Assembly (NCBI GenBank): GCA_943704425.1
Contig: CALSCP010002825.1
Span: forward strand, 1-42,972
Direction of reading: 5' to 3'
Origin: Ministeria vibrans ATCC 50519
Lineage: Eukaryota; Protista; Filasterea
DNA: 42,972 nucleotides
A model generated the notes under the pieces. That model was not told the origin of the DNA. It made no database searches and saw nothing but the letters and a program-made list of their open reading frames with translations. Shown here in pieces: positions 22,201 to 39,303 of this stretch; within the stretch, counting starts at the first letter, position 1, and each line of letters opens with the position of its first letter. The translations under genes and the position numbers were made by a program.

Positions 22201-24888
22201 TTCACCTTTGGCGATCTATTGCTTGTATTTGACGGCGGTGTGGTGCCTGCAAACACTCACGTGGCGGTTACGACTACGACAACACCTAATGTGGCGCTGC
22301 CCAACACGTTCATTCAGCTTGGCGTGGTCTACACCATTGGGCTGTCGACCCTTGGTCTGTCTCCCACACCGGTCCAGCCCGCATCCGGCAGGGTTATACG
22401 AGCGTACATTGACGTGGGTGTGAACGCTGGCTTGCCTGTGATCATGCGTCGCGCGCCAGCCAATCCTTGGGTTGAATTGCCCCTGGCAACTGCGGCGAAA
22501 GGACGTCGGCGTGTCACAGAGACTTGTTCGTCGACGACTGCTTGTGGCGCTGTGGGCGGCAGTGGTGAGGTATCGGCGGCCGTTGCCAACGGCTGCGCCT
22601 CGTCGCCGTGTGCGAGTGCGTCGACCTGTGTGGCGTCGGCGTCCACCGGGATACCATCGTGTGTGTGCGCGCAAGGATTCACAGGTGTAACGTGCGCCAT
22701 CAACATTGACGACTGTTCGTCGGCTCCGTGCCAGAATGGTGGCACTTGTGTCGACGGTGCGGCTGCCTACTCGTGTACTTGCAGTGCGGCGTTTACGGGG
22801 GCCGAGTGTGAGACAGACGTGCTTGTGGTGGGCGGCTCGTCTGCGTCGGGCAGTGGCAGCATTGTGATTGCCATTGCCGTTGTTGCTGTGCTTGTGATTT
22901 TGGCTGTGATTCTTTTGCTTGTGGTGAAGCGCCGCAAAAAGGAGCGTCGTCGTAAGCGCATTGGTGGGATCGAGTCACAGCTTATGTCAGAGGGCATTCT
23001 GTCGCGGGACAACTCGTTGGGACGCGACGACTCACTGGTCCACAGCAATTTGCACTTTCATTCGTTGAAGAAGAGTGCCGCAGAGAACGCCAAGATGGCA
23101 CTGGCGCGCCAACAGAGCGAGATTATTGATAGCAATGCGATTGAGCTGCAGACGCTGTCCATGGTGGAGAATCGAGCCTTTCAGACACCCTTGTCGGAGG
23201 TGTTTCCCCCCCGCGCTGACGAGAGTGTTGAGAATCCCGGCTATGCATCGATGGCGGAGATGCGCGAGCGTCCACTGCCGCCCGCGCCACAGGTGAGCTC
23301 CAAGGGGGAGCAGGAAGACCCCTTTTATGTGTCGGCGCTTGCGATCAAGCTCAAGTCGGAGAATTACGTGCCCTTCGCCGATCCCAAGGCAGGTGAGATG
23401 CCGCGTCCGGAGGGCGAGATAGCTCCCGGACGTCTGGTGCTGGGCGATGCGCTTGGGTCGGGTGTGTTTGGCGTGGTCCGCGAGGGAGTGCTGTTGCGTG
23501 CGCACAATGAGATGCCCATGCTGGTCGCAGTGAAGCTACTACATCGTCCGACGGCCGAAAGACGCGCACACATGCGTCCCGAGGACGAGGAGGCGGAGGT
23601 GTATGCATTCAACAACGAGATGGCGTTGCTGGGCAAACTACATCACAAGAACATCACCTGCCTGGTGGGCAAGGTGTCACTTGTAGCCTCGCCCTATGAG
23701 CAGCGTCTTGTGCTTGAGCGTGCCGACATGAGTCTGCAGACATACCTTAAGAGCGATGTGCGCGTGCCGTACGCCGACCAGCTGTCCATGGTTATTCAGG
23801 TCGCCCAGGCCTTGATCTACATGCACACTGAGGGCTACGTGCACCGCGACGTTGCCGCACGCAACTGCCTTATTTTCCGCGACGAGTACCGCCAGGGCCG
23901 TCTGGTGAAGCTCACCGACTTTGGCATGGCGCGCGAGGTGGAGCGAGAGGACGCTGTGTATAGTCAGCGGCACTACGGACGACTGCCGCCGGCGCATGCG
24001 CCCGAGATGGGCATGCCCTTTGCACAGAGCACTCCGCGCTCCGATGCGTACATGTTCGGTTGGTTTCTCTGGGAGGTCGTGGACCGCTGTACCGAGCAAA
24101 TGAACATGCCGTTCGGTGACCGGCCAGCTCCGTCGCGGTTTCCCGCCAAGGGCTGCAAGATGGAGATGCGCGACCTCATCACGGACTTGCTACAGCAGGA
24201 GTCTCTGCGTCGCTCCGAACTGCCTGCTGTCTGTGCTAGTCTTAATCGTCTGTGGATGGTCGAGCAGGAGAAGCGCGACTTTGGCGACTACAGCGAGTTG
24301 GGTGAGCATGAGGCGGGGGACAGTGCGCGCAAGGACGGCGTGGCGCCTGTCAGTGGCCGACTGAGTGCCATGGCGCTCGCGAACCGTTCGATCGGCGTCA
24401 AGGTAGTGCCCATTGCCACGTCGGGACCGCGCGGCGGCTCCGAGTATGACAGTCTTGACGACGCACGACGTCTCACCTTTGAGGGCGAAGGCTCGTCGAC
24501 GCACTATGCCACCATTGGTTCGATTTCGATGGCATCTGATCCCGGTGATCTTGTCATTGAACAGTCGCGTGACGCCGGTCCACCGGCGCTCTTGACCCTC
24601 GCCGAGACGGACCAGACTGTGGTGAAGCAACTCGCGGACGAGAACGACACTCTCCTTCCACTCCGTGTTCCTGCCCCTGTTCCTGCCGAGGCTGCGGTTG
24701 CCATCAACCAAGCCGCGCCCGAGTACGCCATGGTGTCGTTGCCCTCGAGCAAGTCGACGCCTTCCGCACCGGCCTCGACCTCAGGCGCTCCTTCCTACGA
24801 AGCCTTTGCTCGTGTGCCTGTGCCTGCTGCCAAGCCAACCACAGGCATGGATCTGCCCAAGAGGACCGATGACGAGACAAACTTGTGA
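16294..24888 (+). CDS. Receptor tyrosine kinase with ~30 EGF repeats and two pentraxin/LamG domains (~2750 aa)
   Basis: Exon 16294-16393 (signal peptide MRLLGLLFLAAVCC) joins exon 16736-24888 in phase 1. Pentraxin motifs WTHVAITW..G, IGQEQD and IGEEQD; calcium-binding EGF array (DVDECASSPCQNGATC); TM at 22861-22926; kinase motifs LGSGVFG, VAVK, HRDVAARN and DFG. Confidence 0.93.
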
Positions 24889-24998
24889 ACAAATTTTGTA
24901 GTGACTGTGTACAGTACAATCAATTATTATCAAAAATATTCAAATTAATTATTATTTTCAACCACGCCACTCTTTGTGACTCTAGTGAGTCGACTCCA

Positions 24999-29672
<4,674 letters not shown>

Positions 29673-29733
29673 GAGAGACACAACTGAACGAGGCTGTAAA
29701 ATGTACCAATAGATATATTCTTTTCTTCACTTG

Positions 29734-29850
<117 letters not shown>

Positions 29851-29899
29851 ACATTCAAAAAGCGAATGATGATATTCAGATAGAAGAGGGGAGGGATCT

Positions 29900-30057
29900 T
29901 CAGATGCCATAGAGCTTTTTAAGGCCCTTGACGAGCACCCAATCCTCCTTGGTGAGGTCATCGCGGAAAGCCTCCTTGAGCGCATCAATAGACTCGCGCG
30001 TGCACTTGGACACCAGCTCATCCTTCTCATCAAAGTGTCGCCCAAACACTGAAACGC

Positions 30058-30119
<62 letters not shown>

Positions 30120-33100
30120 TGATAGAAAGAGAAAGAGATAAGTACGTGAGGTCAGTGGCACGATCATATACAGAGGTAGAACTCACAGTGACTCTGAATG
30201 ACACATACTCATACATACTCACTCGCAACCACTTACTCTTCTTGTCCGAGGGATGTTCAATCTTAACACACACACTCTGTCCCTTGCGCGCCACTTCAAC
30301 TTCCTTGTGATCCCGCTCAATTCCAATCACAACGCCAAGATCACAATTCTAAACGGATTTTCCACATTTACAAATCAGTCGACTCTCAATCAAACAATCG
30401 TTAGAAAATATTCTCTCTTGCGATGCAAACAGTATCTCTCTTCCTCCAAAAAAATTCCATCATTCAATCTTTCAACCAAAGAGCTTCAAAACAATCGCAA
30501 TTAATAAATCTCACTCGAATCCACACACACAATTTTCTCTCTTTATCAAGTAGACTGTCTTGGCTCTCTCTTCTACTTTTATATCTTATTCTCATCATAT
30601 TTAGAGTAAAAATCATATTTGTGTGCTTACACCCTGCGATGGCACAAGAATGGGAGTGTGTCTGCGCAGCTGTCCATCAATGATATCCACTCCCAACACA
30701 ATCGGATCACGTTTGTTGAAAATGAACCTACGAAAAAAACACACAAACACACAAACACACAAACAGCGACAGGCACACGTTAGCTTGGCTCGTTTTTTGA
30801 GTCTGCACTGCGTGTGATCCTCACTCTGGAATGATTCGCAGTCGAACTGGGAAATACGCAATGTGGCGCAGTTCCTCTTTGCGTCGCAGTTTCATTTCCT
30901 ATAATATACCAAAGCCCACATTAGCACACATCATTTGAATTTAACCATTTTCTCTTACGTCAAGATACGCAGTGAAATCGTCAGTGAGATGGTAAATGAT
31001 GTCCGCAGTGAAAATTCTACGTTTACGCAAAAAGTCAGCAAACAAAAAAGAAAAAACGAATACAAAACTGACCTAAGACCCAGCTCTTCGGCCATGTGAC
31101 GGGCGTCTCTGTCAACAGGGACGTCAAAGGCCATGATGACAGCGTACTTGGCGTCATGCTGCAGCTGCGTCGATGCCTTGACGACGTCCTTGCGGTGTAC
31201 AGGGCCAATGTTCACTCCCGCAACCTAATAAATAAACAAACCCGTATTTAGAGTAAAACTTATTATAATCATTGATCATCATTATCATTCTATTTGCACT
31301 TTGGATGGCTTACGGGCACTTTTGAGGTGCGGAGATACTCCAAGAGTGCCTCGAGAGCGCCGAGCGTCGATGCCATGACGTACACGCCGCGGTCTTGCGT
31401 CTCCAGCGCCGCCAGAGACGCCTCCAGTTGACGCACAACCATCTTCTTCAGTCGCTCAATCTCATCGAGATCGCTACAGGTACATTGTATATCAGTGTCA
31501 CACTCACACAAATGCACACAACTCTTATGTTTACTTTGAGCGACAGACATAGAGCTGAGTGCCCGCCACAACACTTTCAATGTTACGACAGAGCACTTTG
31601 ACTCCCTGAGCCGCAGTGATTTCCTTGTGCTTCTCATAGTCCGCCTATACCCAATCATACATAAGCCACAGACACGCAAAACAAAACAAAACAAACACAA
31701 AAATTTTACCTTGACACGCAGCTCGCGCAGAGGAGGAGGCATGAGCAACGCTTTAATCTGCGTCACGACCGGCCCGTCAAACGAGCACATCACAACCGTA
31801 TCGCCTTCACGCAGCGCTCCTTGCGCCAAAATCACATCCACAGTCATACCCAACCCTTCGAGTCGTTTCACCTCGAGCACAGTGCACTCAACGTCATCGG
31901 GACGAAACCGCAGTCGCTCAACGAGGAGCTTCTGTGTCAAATCAATGATGAGCGTCAGCAGATCAGGGATTCCCTCGCCCGTGTGTGCCGATGTTGGGAT
32001 CAGCGACACATACTTGCGCATGTCCTGATTCTCATAGTACAGCTCCGCGTTCAGTCCCTACACCAATTGCAATGCATTATATATATTAATACAAAGTAAT
32101 GTCCTTTTCTTCTTTTTTTTTTCGTCTCATTTACCTGCTCCGCAAATTGAGTCTTGACGTGCGCGAGACGCTCGTTGAACTCAATCAGAGTGTTTTTCTG
32201 CTGACGCTTGAGCGACTCGCGCGACGACCCGTCCTTGCTCACCTTCCACTCGTAAAGACGATCAATCTTGTTGAGCGCCACAACAAAGGGTGTTTTGGTG
32301 CGCTTGAGCAGCTGAATCGACTCGATAGTCTGCGGCTCGAGACCGTGCACAATGTCCACTACCAGAATGGACATGTCGCACATGGAGGTGCCGCGCGAGC
32401 GCAAGTTCGAGAAGGACTCGTGACCGGGCGTGTCGATGATGAGCAGACCGGGTACGCGCAGGTCGAGTGGATCGCCCATCATGCGCTCCGTGAGCTTCTG
32501 AATGGTCTCACCAGGGAAATACGACGCACCAATCTGCTGAGTGATCCCACCCGCTTCGCCATTCTGCACGTTGGTCCGACGGATTTTGTCGAGCAGCTTG
32601 GTCTTGCCCGTGTCGACGTGACCCAACACACAGCAAATGGGCGAGCGCAGAGTCATCCCTTTCTGCACGTTCACGCCCGCCTTCGACCGTTCCGCCTCCG
32701 CCAGTGAACCCAGCAATGCATCGGCCGCATCGTCAACAGCACTGCCCTTCTTGTTGCTCGTCTTGGGTCCACTGCTGCTAGTGGTGGTGGACGAGGCATC
32801 CGACGCTTTAGATGGCTCAGGCGCCTGTTTTACACCCGCCCCTCCCTCGTCGTCACTTAGTTCCGCGTCCCACGAATCCAAGAGGTCCTCTTCGCTCTCC
32901 TCACCCTCATTCGCATCGCGTTCCGCTTGCTCCTTTGCCTCCTGCTCCTCCTTCACCTGGCGCTCGTGCGCCTCCTTGGCCTCTTGCACCTGCTGCGGCG
33001 TCTGCTTCTTGCGCTTGCCATACACCACCTTCTTCTTCTGCGGCTCGCCCTCTCCGTCCTCCTTGTCCACCGCCGCTGCAATGTCTCCATACTGTGCCAT

Positions 33101-34205
33101 GGCACGCGCACGTTTCTCACGCTCCGCCTTGCTCAGCAACAGCCCCTCCGCCTTGAGCTTCTCCTTGCGTGCCTTCTCCTTCTCACGCTTCAGCCGTCGC
33201 TTCTCTTCTAACTTGCGTTCCTCCTCCTCCTCGCGCGCCTGTCGCTCCTCCTCCTCCTTGATCAAACGCGCCCGCTCCGCCTCCAACTCCTCCATCAACC
33301 GCGCTCGCTCCTCCATCTCCTGTTTCTTCCGCTCCACAAAAGCCGGTACCTTTTTCTTTGGCGCCTCAGCTGCTGCTGCCGCTGCCGCTGCCGCCTTCTC
33401 CTTCTCCTTCTCCTTCTTCTTCTTGTTTTTCAACTTCTTCTTTTCCGCCGCACTCAGTGGCTTCGCCTCGCCTCCTTCAGTTGTACCAGACGCCTCGTCT
33501 CCCTCGTCACCATCACTCTTGTCACCATCCTCGGTAGGAGCAGGAGCAGTAGAAGTAGCAGGAGTGGGAGCAGGAGCAGTGGACGTCTCCTCCTCCTTGG
33601 TCTTCTCCGTCTCTGTCGCGACAGGCTCAGTCTGCGTCTCCGGTTCCTTCGCCTGGGGTTCGTCGTCCTTGAGTCCCACAGTCGCCTTGGCTTCAGCCAG
33701 TGCCCGCTCAAACTCGTCCATGTCATCGTCGGCCGCCGACTTGTTCTTCTTCTTCTGTTGTTGTTGCTTCTTCTTCAGCTTGCGCTTCTCCGCCGCTGTC
33801 AACGGCTTCTTCACCTCTTCCTTTTCCTCCTCCACCACCACCTTCTTCTTCTTCTCCTCCTCCTCCTCCTCCTTGTCATTGTCGCTGTCATCATCGTCGT
33901 CATCTTCATCTCCACCGAGCGCCGCAAATGGATTGGCCGGTTTCGTCTTCACAGGTGCCTTCTTCTGGTCTTCTTCTTCTTCTTCTTCTTCAGACTCAGA
34001 CTCGTCGTCGTCGCTGTCACCGCCAAGAGCAGCAAAAGGGTTTGCCGGTTTGGATTTTGCTTTGACAGGCTTCTCCTCCTCCTCTTCGGACTCGTCGTCG
34101 TCGTCGTCGTCGCTGTCACCGCCAAGAGCAGCAAAAGGGTTTGCCGGTTTGGATTTTGCTTTGACAGGCTTCTCCTCCTCCTCCTCGGACTCCTCCTCCT
34201 CGGAC

Positions 34206-34237
<32 letters not shown>

Positions 34238-34777
34238 CAGCAGGGCAAAGGCATTCACCTTGCGCACGACTGGCTTGGTCTCCTCCTCAGACTCCTCCGA
34301 CTCGTCCGAACTCGGACTGTCATCTTCGGAATGCGATGCGTCCGCATCCTTGACAACTGCGGGCTCCTCTCGCTTGGCGCTCTTGCTACAGAACAAACCG
34401 CCAGTTCAGTGATCCAATGACACTCTCGCACACGCGCTAACGACAGCAGACGGCGCAGGTGACGGACAAACGAACATTTCGCAATACACGTTGAATCACC
34501 ATCAGAAAAAAAAAGAAAAAAAAACAAGAGAATGTGCGCAATGCCAAGGGCGTGTGTCGTTGGTAAATGGTGTGGTGTAGGCTATGCTGCAACGGTTAGG
34601 CGCGAACCAGAGAGACCAGCAGAAGAGAGTGAAACAGGTCTCATAAGCAAAAAAAAATTTTTCTCGCGCTCATGTGAACGAAATTGGGAGGGTCAGAATG
34701 GGATTTCAAAGCGGGGGAGGACACACGGGGGTAAAAGGGTGAGTGTCGTACCGCTTGGCTGTTCTCTTTGGCGGCAT
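29900..34777 (-). CDS. EIF5B: Eukaryotic translation initiation factor 5B
   Basis: [72 protein letters not shown] and the C-terminal [10 protein letters not shown]. Probable exon 1 MPPKRTAKR (34752-34777) splices in phase 2 to 34385. Multiple short introns follow. Confidence 0.97.
30058..30118. repeat. (AGAA)n microsatellite in the last eIF5B intron
   Basis: Seen directly. Confidence 0.97.
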
Positions 34778-35313
34778 TTAAGTGCGAAATGGCGATGGAT
34801 TGGTTTGGGGGTCGTGTGGAAGCGCTTCACGTGGCTATTCTCAGATGGGGGCACTGGAATGTTAGTTGCAGACAAGGTGGCTGCAACACTAGCATGCGAA
34901 GAAATTTGATTAATATTTAATAATCATTGTCATTTGTCAATTTGTCACAATGTCACAATGTCACTTTTGTAAGATACTTAGTCATCCCAGAGTTTCATCA
35001 ATCAACTCAATCCAAGACACAACTTAGTGATATCACACTCTGCCACTCTGACACGTCACACTTGAGACATTTTTCTAAATTAGACTCAAGTGAACCATCA
35101 TTCAGACGATAAAGTGTGTATATATATACAAGTCGTCGAAAATTCGGGAAACTTTTCATGATTAAAATTAATCTTTTTGCACACTCGTCACTCTCGGTCG
35201 GTCGCTCTTCTCTCCAACTTTGAGCGTGCACTGCACCAACACACCCCACCCCCTCTCAGGCCTCTCTCCCCTCCCCCAGCACCACCCCCGTGGCAACAAC
35301 GCGCAGTTTTCTC

Positions 35314-36246
35314 ATGGACTCGTCTCGAACTCACTCTGCGCGGAGAAGAGTTCGTCGAACGCGCACGCAGCAACAGGCCGACGGATCGGCGGCGCCTCTG
35401 CCGCCCAGCAGTCACCCCATGGCCATTTCCGCCGCGACTACGACGCCAGCGCCGCTCCCGTCCTCCGCCGCGCTGTCCCAGCCCCCTGACCACGCCACCC
35501 TTGTCCATTCGGCGCCGAGCAGCCTCACCTTCTCGCCCTCGTACTTCCCCGCCACCGTGACGGGCGCACCTCCCCCGCCATCGACCCTTCACGCGACGAC
35601 GACATCCAAGCCAAAAAAAGCCAAGAATCCTTCGTCCCGTGTCCTCCCTCCCCCGGCCCACTCGGGCCCCGCCCTTCCCGCACCCGCCACAACCACGTCT
35701 CGTTCTTCAAAACCGACCGCCCCTCCGCCCCATGCAACCGCCACAACGCCGAGCAAGTCCAAAAAGAAGAAAACTGCCACCTCAACTTCGTCCAACGCCA
35801 CCGCCGCTCCCGCCGTCGCCTCCCCGGCCAAAGGCAAGCGCCCAGCACACTCGAAGCAACAGCAACAACAACACCCTCCCCACCACCACGCGCCGTCTGC
35901 CGCTCCCGTCAACTACGCTGGTCCCATTTTTTCAAATTCGCCCGACCCGTCGTCGCTGCCCCTTCCCAACCTGCTCGTCAGACCGGCCGCCCCCGCCGCC
36001 CCTGCCGTCTCCGCGCTGTTTCTTTCGCGACCCAGCTCCACTTTGAGCCCGCCCCCAGCCTCCGAGCCCGCACCAGTCGCTGCAACGGCCCCTTCAAGCG
36101 CTCCTCCGGCGTATCCACCGCAACCGTCGCCGGCCTTCCTCACTCCCGCCTCCCTCTCCACCTCCCCCGTGGACGAATTCGAACGCCAACGCATCGCACA
36201 CGATCTCTGCGCCATGCTAAAGATCTCCGCCTCTGCCTCGTCCTAA
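35314..36246 (+). CDS. Proline-rich PNRC/Edc1-like decapping co-activator
   Basis: Low-complexity Pro/Ser/Thr protein containing NYAGPIFSNSPDPSSLPLP (YAGxxF plus a proline-rich motif) and a C-terminal DLCAMLKI helix, the pattern of PNRC-family proteins. Confidence 0.75.
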   Translation: MDSSRTHSARRRVRRTRTQQQADGSAAPLPPSSHPMAISAATTTPAPLPSSAALSQPPDHATLVHSAPSSLTFSPSYFPATVTGAPPPPSTLHATTTSKPKKAKNPSSRVLPPPAHSGPALPAPATTTSRSSKPTAPPPHATATTPSKSKKKKTATSTSSNATAAPAVASPAKGKRPAHSKQQQQQHPPHHHAPSAAPVNYAGPIFSNSPDPSSLPLPNLLVRPAAPAAPAVSALFLSRPSSTLSPPPASEPAPVAATAPSSAPPAYPPQPSPAFLTPASLSTSPVDEFERQRIAHDLCAMLKISASASS

Positions 36247-36498
36247 CCAGTGCCTGCGTCTCCGTGTAACTTGTCTTTTGTGTTTTTGTGTTTTTCCTTT
36301 CATTGTTTTTTTTTTTTTTTGTCGTTGGCAAATTTTGGAGTGCTTTTTTATTTCTCCTTTCACTGCCACTTCCCTATCAACACATCCACCTCCTCAACCC
36401 ATCCCCGGTGCTTCTCAGCGCCACCCCACCTCACAGCACACCATAGTTCGAGATACCACTTCACTCTTTTATACTAATACTAATAATAATAATAATTA

Positions 36499-36535
<37 letters not shown>

Positions 36536-36832
36536 TGTGACTTGTCACCACTTGTGTGTCAGTCACACTAATCTGCAGTCTTAAATTTTTATTTCGAATT
36601 TGCTAGCTAAGAGTCGGTTTGGCGATTTTCAAGCACACGAAGGATGTTCCTCAAACAAGGACAGTGACTGATTCCGAGTATCGTTTGCCATCCGCTCTTT
36701 TGATTAATAATAATAATAATAATAATTGTTATTATTATTATTATTAGAGAACATCTGTGAGAAACCCGCGAGCAGAAAAGTTGAAATACGCAATAATTCA
36801 AGATGTTTCAAGTATTTTATATCACACATTCG

Positions 36833-37826
36833 TTATTTCCTCACACGCATAAAACGATCAATGGAAATGGCGGCAGCTACACTCACATTGAGCGAGTCGA
36901 CATGGGCACGTGAGAGAGTGTCTTGCAGAGCCCCATGGGGCTTGAGGGACACGTGTGCGTCGCACTGGGCACTCGCCTGGGCAGACAAACCCGCTCCTTC
37001 ACTCCCCAGCACGAGCAGTGTTGGTTGAGCCGCTGTGGCAGTGGCAACGCTCTCAAACGACGCGTCGTCTGTCGTCGTCTGGGTCGGTGGAGAGAGCGCC
37101 ACACGCGTAAAGTGCGTCTGTGCCTCGAGAAATCTCCCGAGATTGTCAGTGGTGAAGATGGGAAAGAATTCAAGGGCGCCAGAACTTGCGCGAGAGACTG
37201 TCGGAGTCAGCGAACTACACAAACAAGTCAGTGAGCAGGATAAAACGGTGCAGACGGAAAAGACTCGCCTCTCCCCCCTAATAGTGCGTGTGTACCAAGA
37301 GTGGTTGGTTAGGATGAGTCCCTGGACCCCCAGATAGAAGCAGGAGCGGATCACAGCGCCCAAATTCATCGGGTCGTGCACGTCCTCCATGGCCAGCCAC
37401 AGGGGCGCCCCACCCGCCCGCTCGATCCTCTTGATGCGCTTGGGCCGCAGTTCGCCGCACGAGAGTAGAACTCCTTGGTCTCCTTTGCGCTGCAGTGTCT
37501 GTGCCATGCTTATTCTGCTGATCTCGTGGATGGGAACTTTCAGTTGTTCTGCAAGTCGAATAATTTCTGCCTGTCGACTAAACGCAAGTATAAGCGTGAG
37601 CGGAGGATGATCGCGTTTCATACTCGGCTAAACCAGCAGCCTTGACGATGTACAGCGCATCGAACGAGCGTCGTTGGGCCGAGAGCGCAGCGTACACCGA
37701 TGCAAACCCAAACAGTGCATCTGCGCTAATTCGAGGCGTCTTGTGCACAGTCGAGAACGCATTTGCTCCTACCCGCCCCGTGCAAACGCATCGAGCAAGA
37801 GAGAGGCTTCTAGCAGACCAGATCAT
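36833..37826 (-). CDS. MRM1: SpoU/TrmH 2'-O-methyltransferase, mitochondrial rRNA methyltransferase 1-like
   Basis: Introns 37578-37623 and 37215-37295. Motifs EDVHDPMNLGAVIRS, SCSLTPTVSRASSGALE, LVLGSEGAGLS and VDSLNVSVAAAI; the N-terminus resembles a presequence. Confidence 0.85.
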
Positions 37827-37950
37827 AGAGCAATAAAAAAGAATAATAACGTCGTCTTAATTGACATTATTCATCGAATAGGATACTAAAAGGGAACCTT
37901 TTGCACATTATACTATTTGTATCCGTCTTCTTCATATTATAATAAAATAA

Positions 37951-39052
37951 TTATTTCCCGTTGAGAGACCAGTCGTAGTCGCGATACACAGCGGTGATTG
38001 GGTCGCCAGAGTCAAGGGCACTCGTGAGCTCGGTGCGCACAGGCTCGTCCAAGTGAGGCGCAACAAAACGCAGCAGGTCGTTTAGGGTCGCCCCAAAGTC
38101 ACTGGCGTACCACTGTAGAATCTTATTGAGAGACACAGTGCGAGTGGATGCGTCGTAAAGAACTTCCTGTCGACAGAAATTGGCGGTGGCCGCATCGAGA
38201 GCCCGCTCGAGATTCAATGGCGTAAACACACGAATGGGCGGACATGACTAATAAGGGACACGGGGTAGAGTGTCAACAACGCGAAGCCGAGTTCTTGGTT
38301 TCACCTTGGCGCCGCACACCAGGGCAAAGTGAACTCTGGGGTCGGGATGGGCACACGCCAGAGCAGCGCGCGCGTCCGTCTCCAGCGCAAACGGCCGTGT
38401 TTTGTCCGATGGATGCTCGCGGTTGCCCCGTAGGATCCCATGCTCAATTTCGTCCAGAGTCAGTGTGTGCCCCGCAATATTGTACGCGGTCGTCTGGTGG
38501 TGAGCACATATTAGTGCACTCCTGCTAGTGCTTTGCTCTGTCGTCCCTGACTCCTCTCCTCACCTTCCAAAAGTTTTCAACATCCAAGACAGACTTGGGT
38601 ACTGTTTCAAGAGTCGCCAGACCGTGAATGGTGAGTGAGTTGTAAATGTCTAAAGAGGAAAGAGCAAAATAATTAATATTATTATTCAGCCAGCCCTACG
38701 TTGGGTTTGATCGGGTTGCACTCACTCAGGAAAAAGCACTTCTTCTCGTCGCTGTCAGGGCCCCCTAATGCTTCAAGATTAACCGCAGTGAGACTTTTGC
38801 AGTCGTGACAGTACTGATGACACAGGGAAAGTAAAGTAAGAGAAAAAGTGATTTGATCGGAACACTGTGTAAAACAAAACGGACTTGTGCAAATTGTTCG
38901 CTCGCTCGCATCCCCTCGTAGTCAACGTGCGTCCCATCGTCATTCATAAACTCCCCTTTAAGCCGGAGTAGGTGCCGCTGCAGCTGTTTGGCGACATCCA
39001 GCGCCGCAACGACAGACGAAACGTCTCCGGAAGTCGCATTCAAAATTCGCAT
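37951..39052 (-). CDS. DUF547 family protein
   Basis: Spliced motifs VDYEG, KKCFFL|NIYNSLTIHG, LTLDEIEHGILR, DPRVHFALVCGAK|SCPPI, LNKILQWYASDFG and YDWSLN. The start codon is tentative. Confidence 0.88.
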
Positions 39053-39303
39053 GGTTGCGACAATATTAGAATGACTTTCAAGCGCGCCACGAATGGATGT
39101 GTCGCCTTTTAGATGCAAGGAAACGAAAAAGAAGCGAAAAATAGTAAAAGTGAAATATTTATTCAAATGATCCAAAGATAAACCTGAAGCCCACACTGCA
39201 GTAACATTCACTTCTTTGACTCTCAACAATCCAAACTGACACTTCAGCATATTCAATACTAAAAACTAATTGTACAAAAAAAAGTAAGAGGAGACACAAA
39301 TGA

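Noticed and set aside
32637-34412. 591-aa plus-strand ORF
   Set aside because: Antisense shadow of the charged eIF5B N-terminus.
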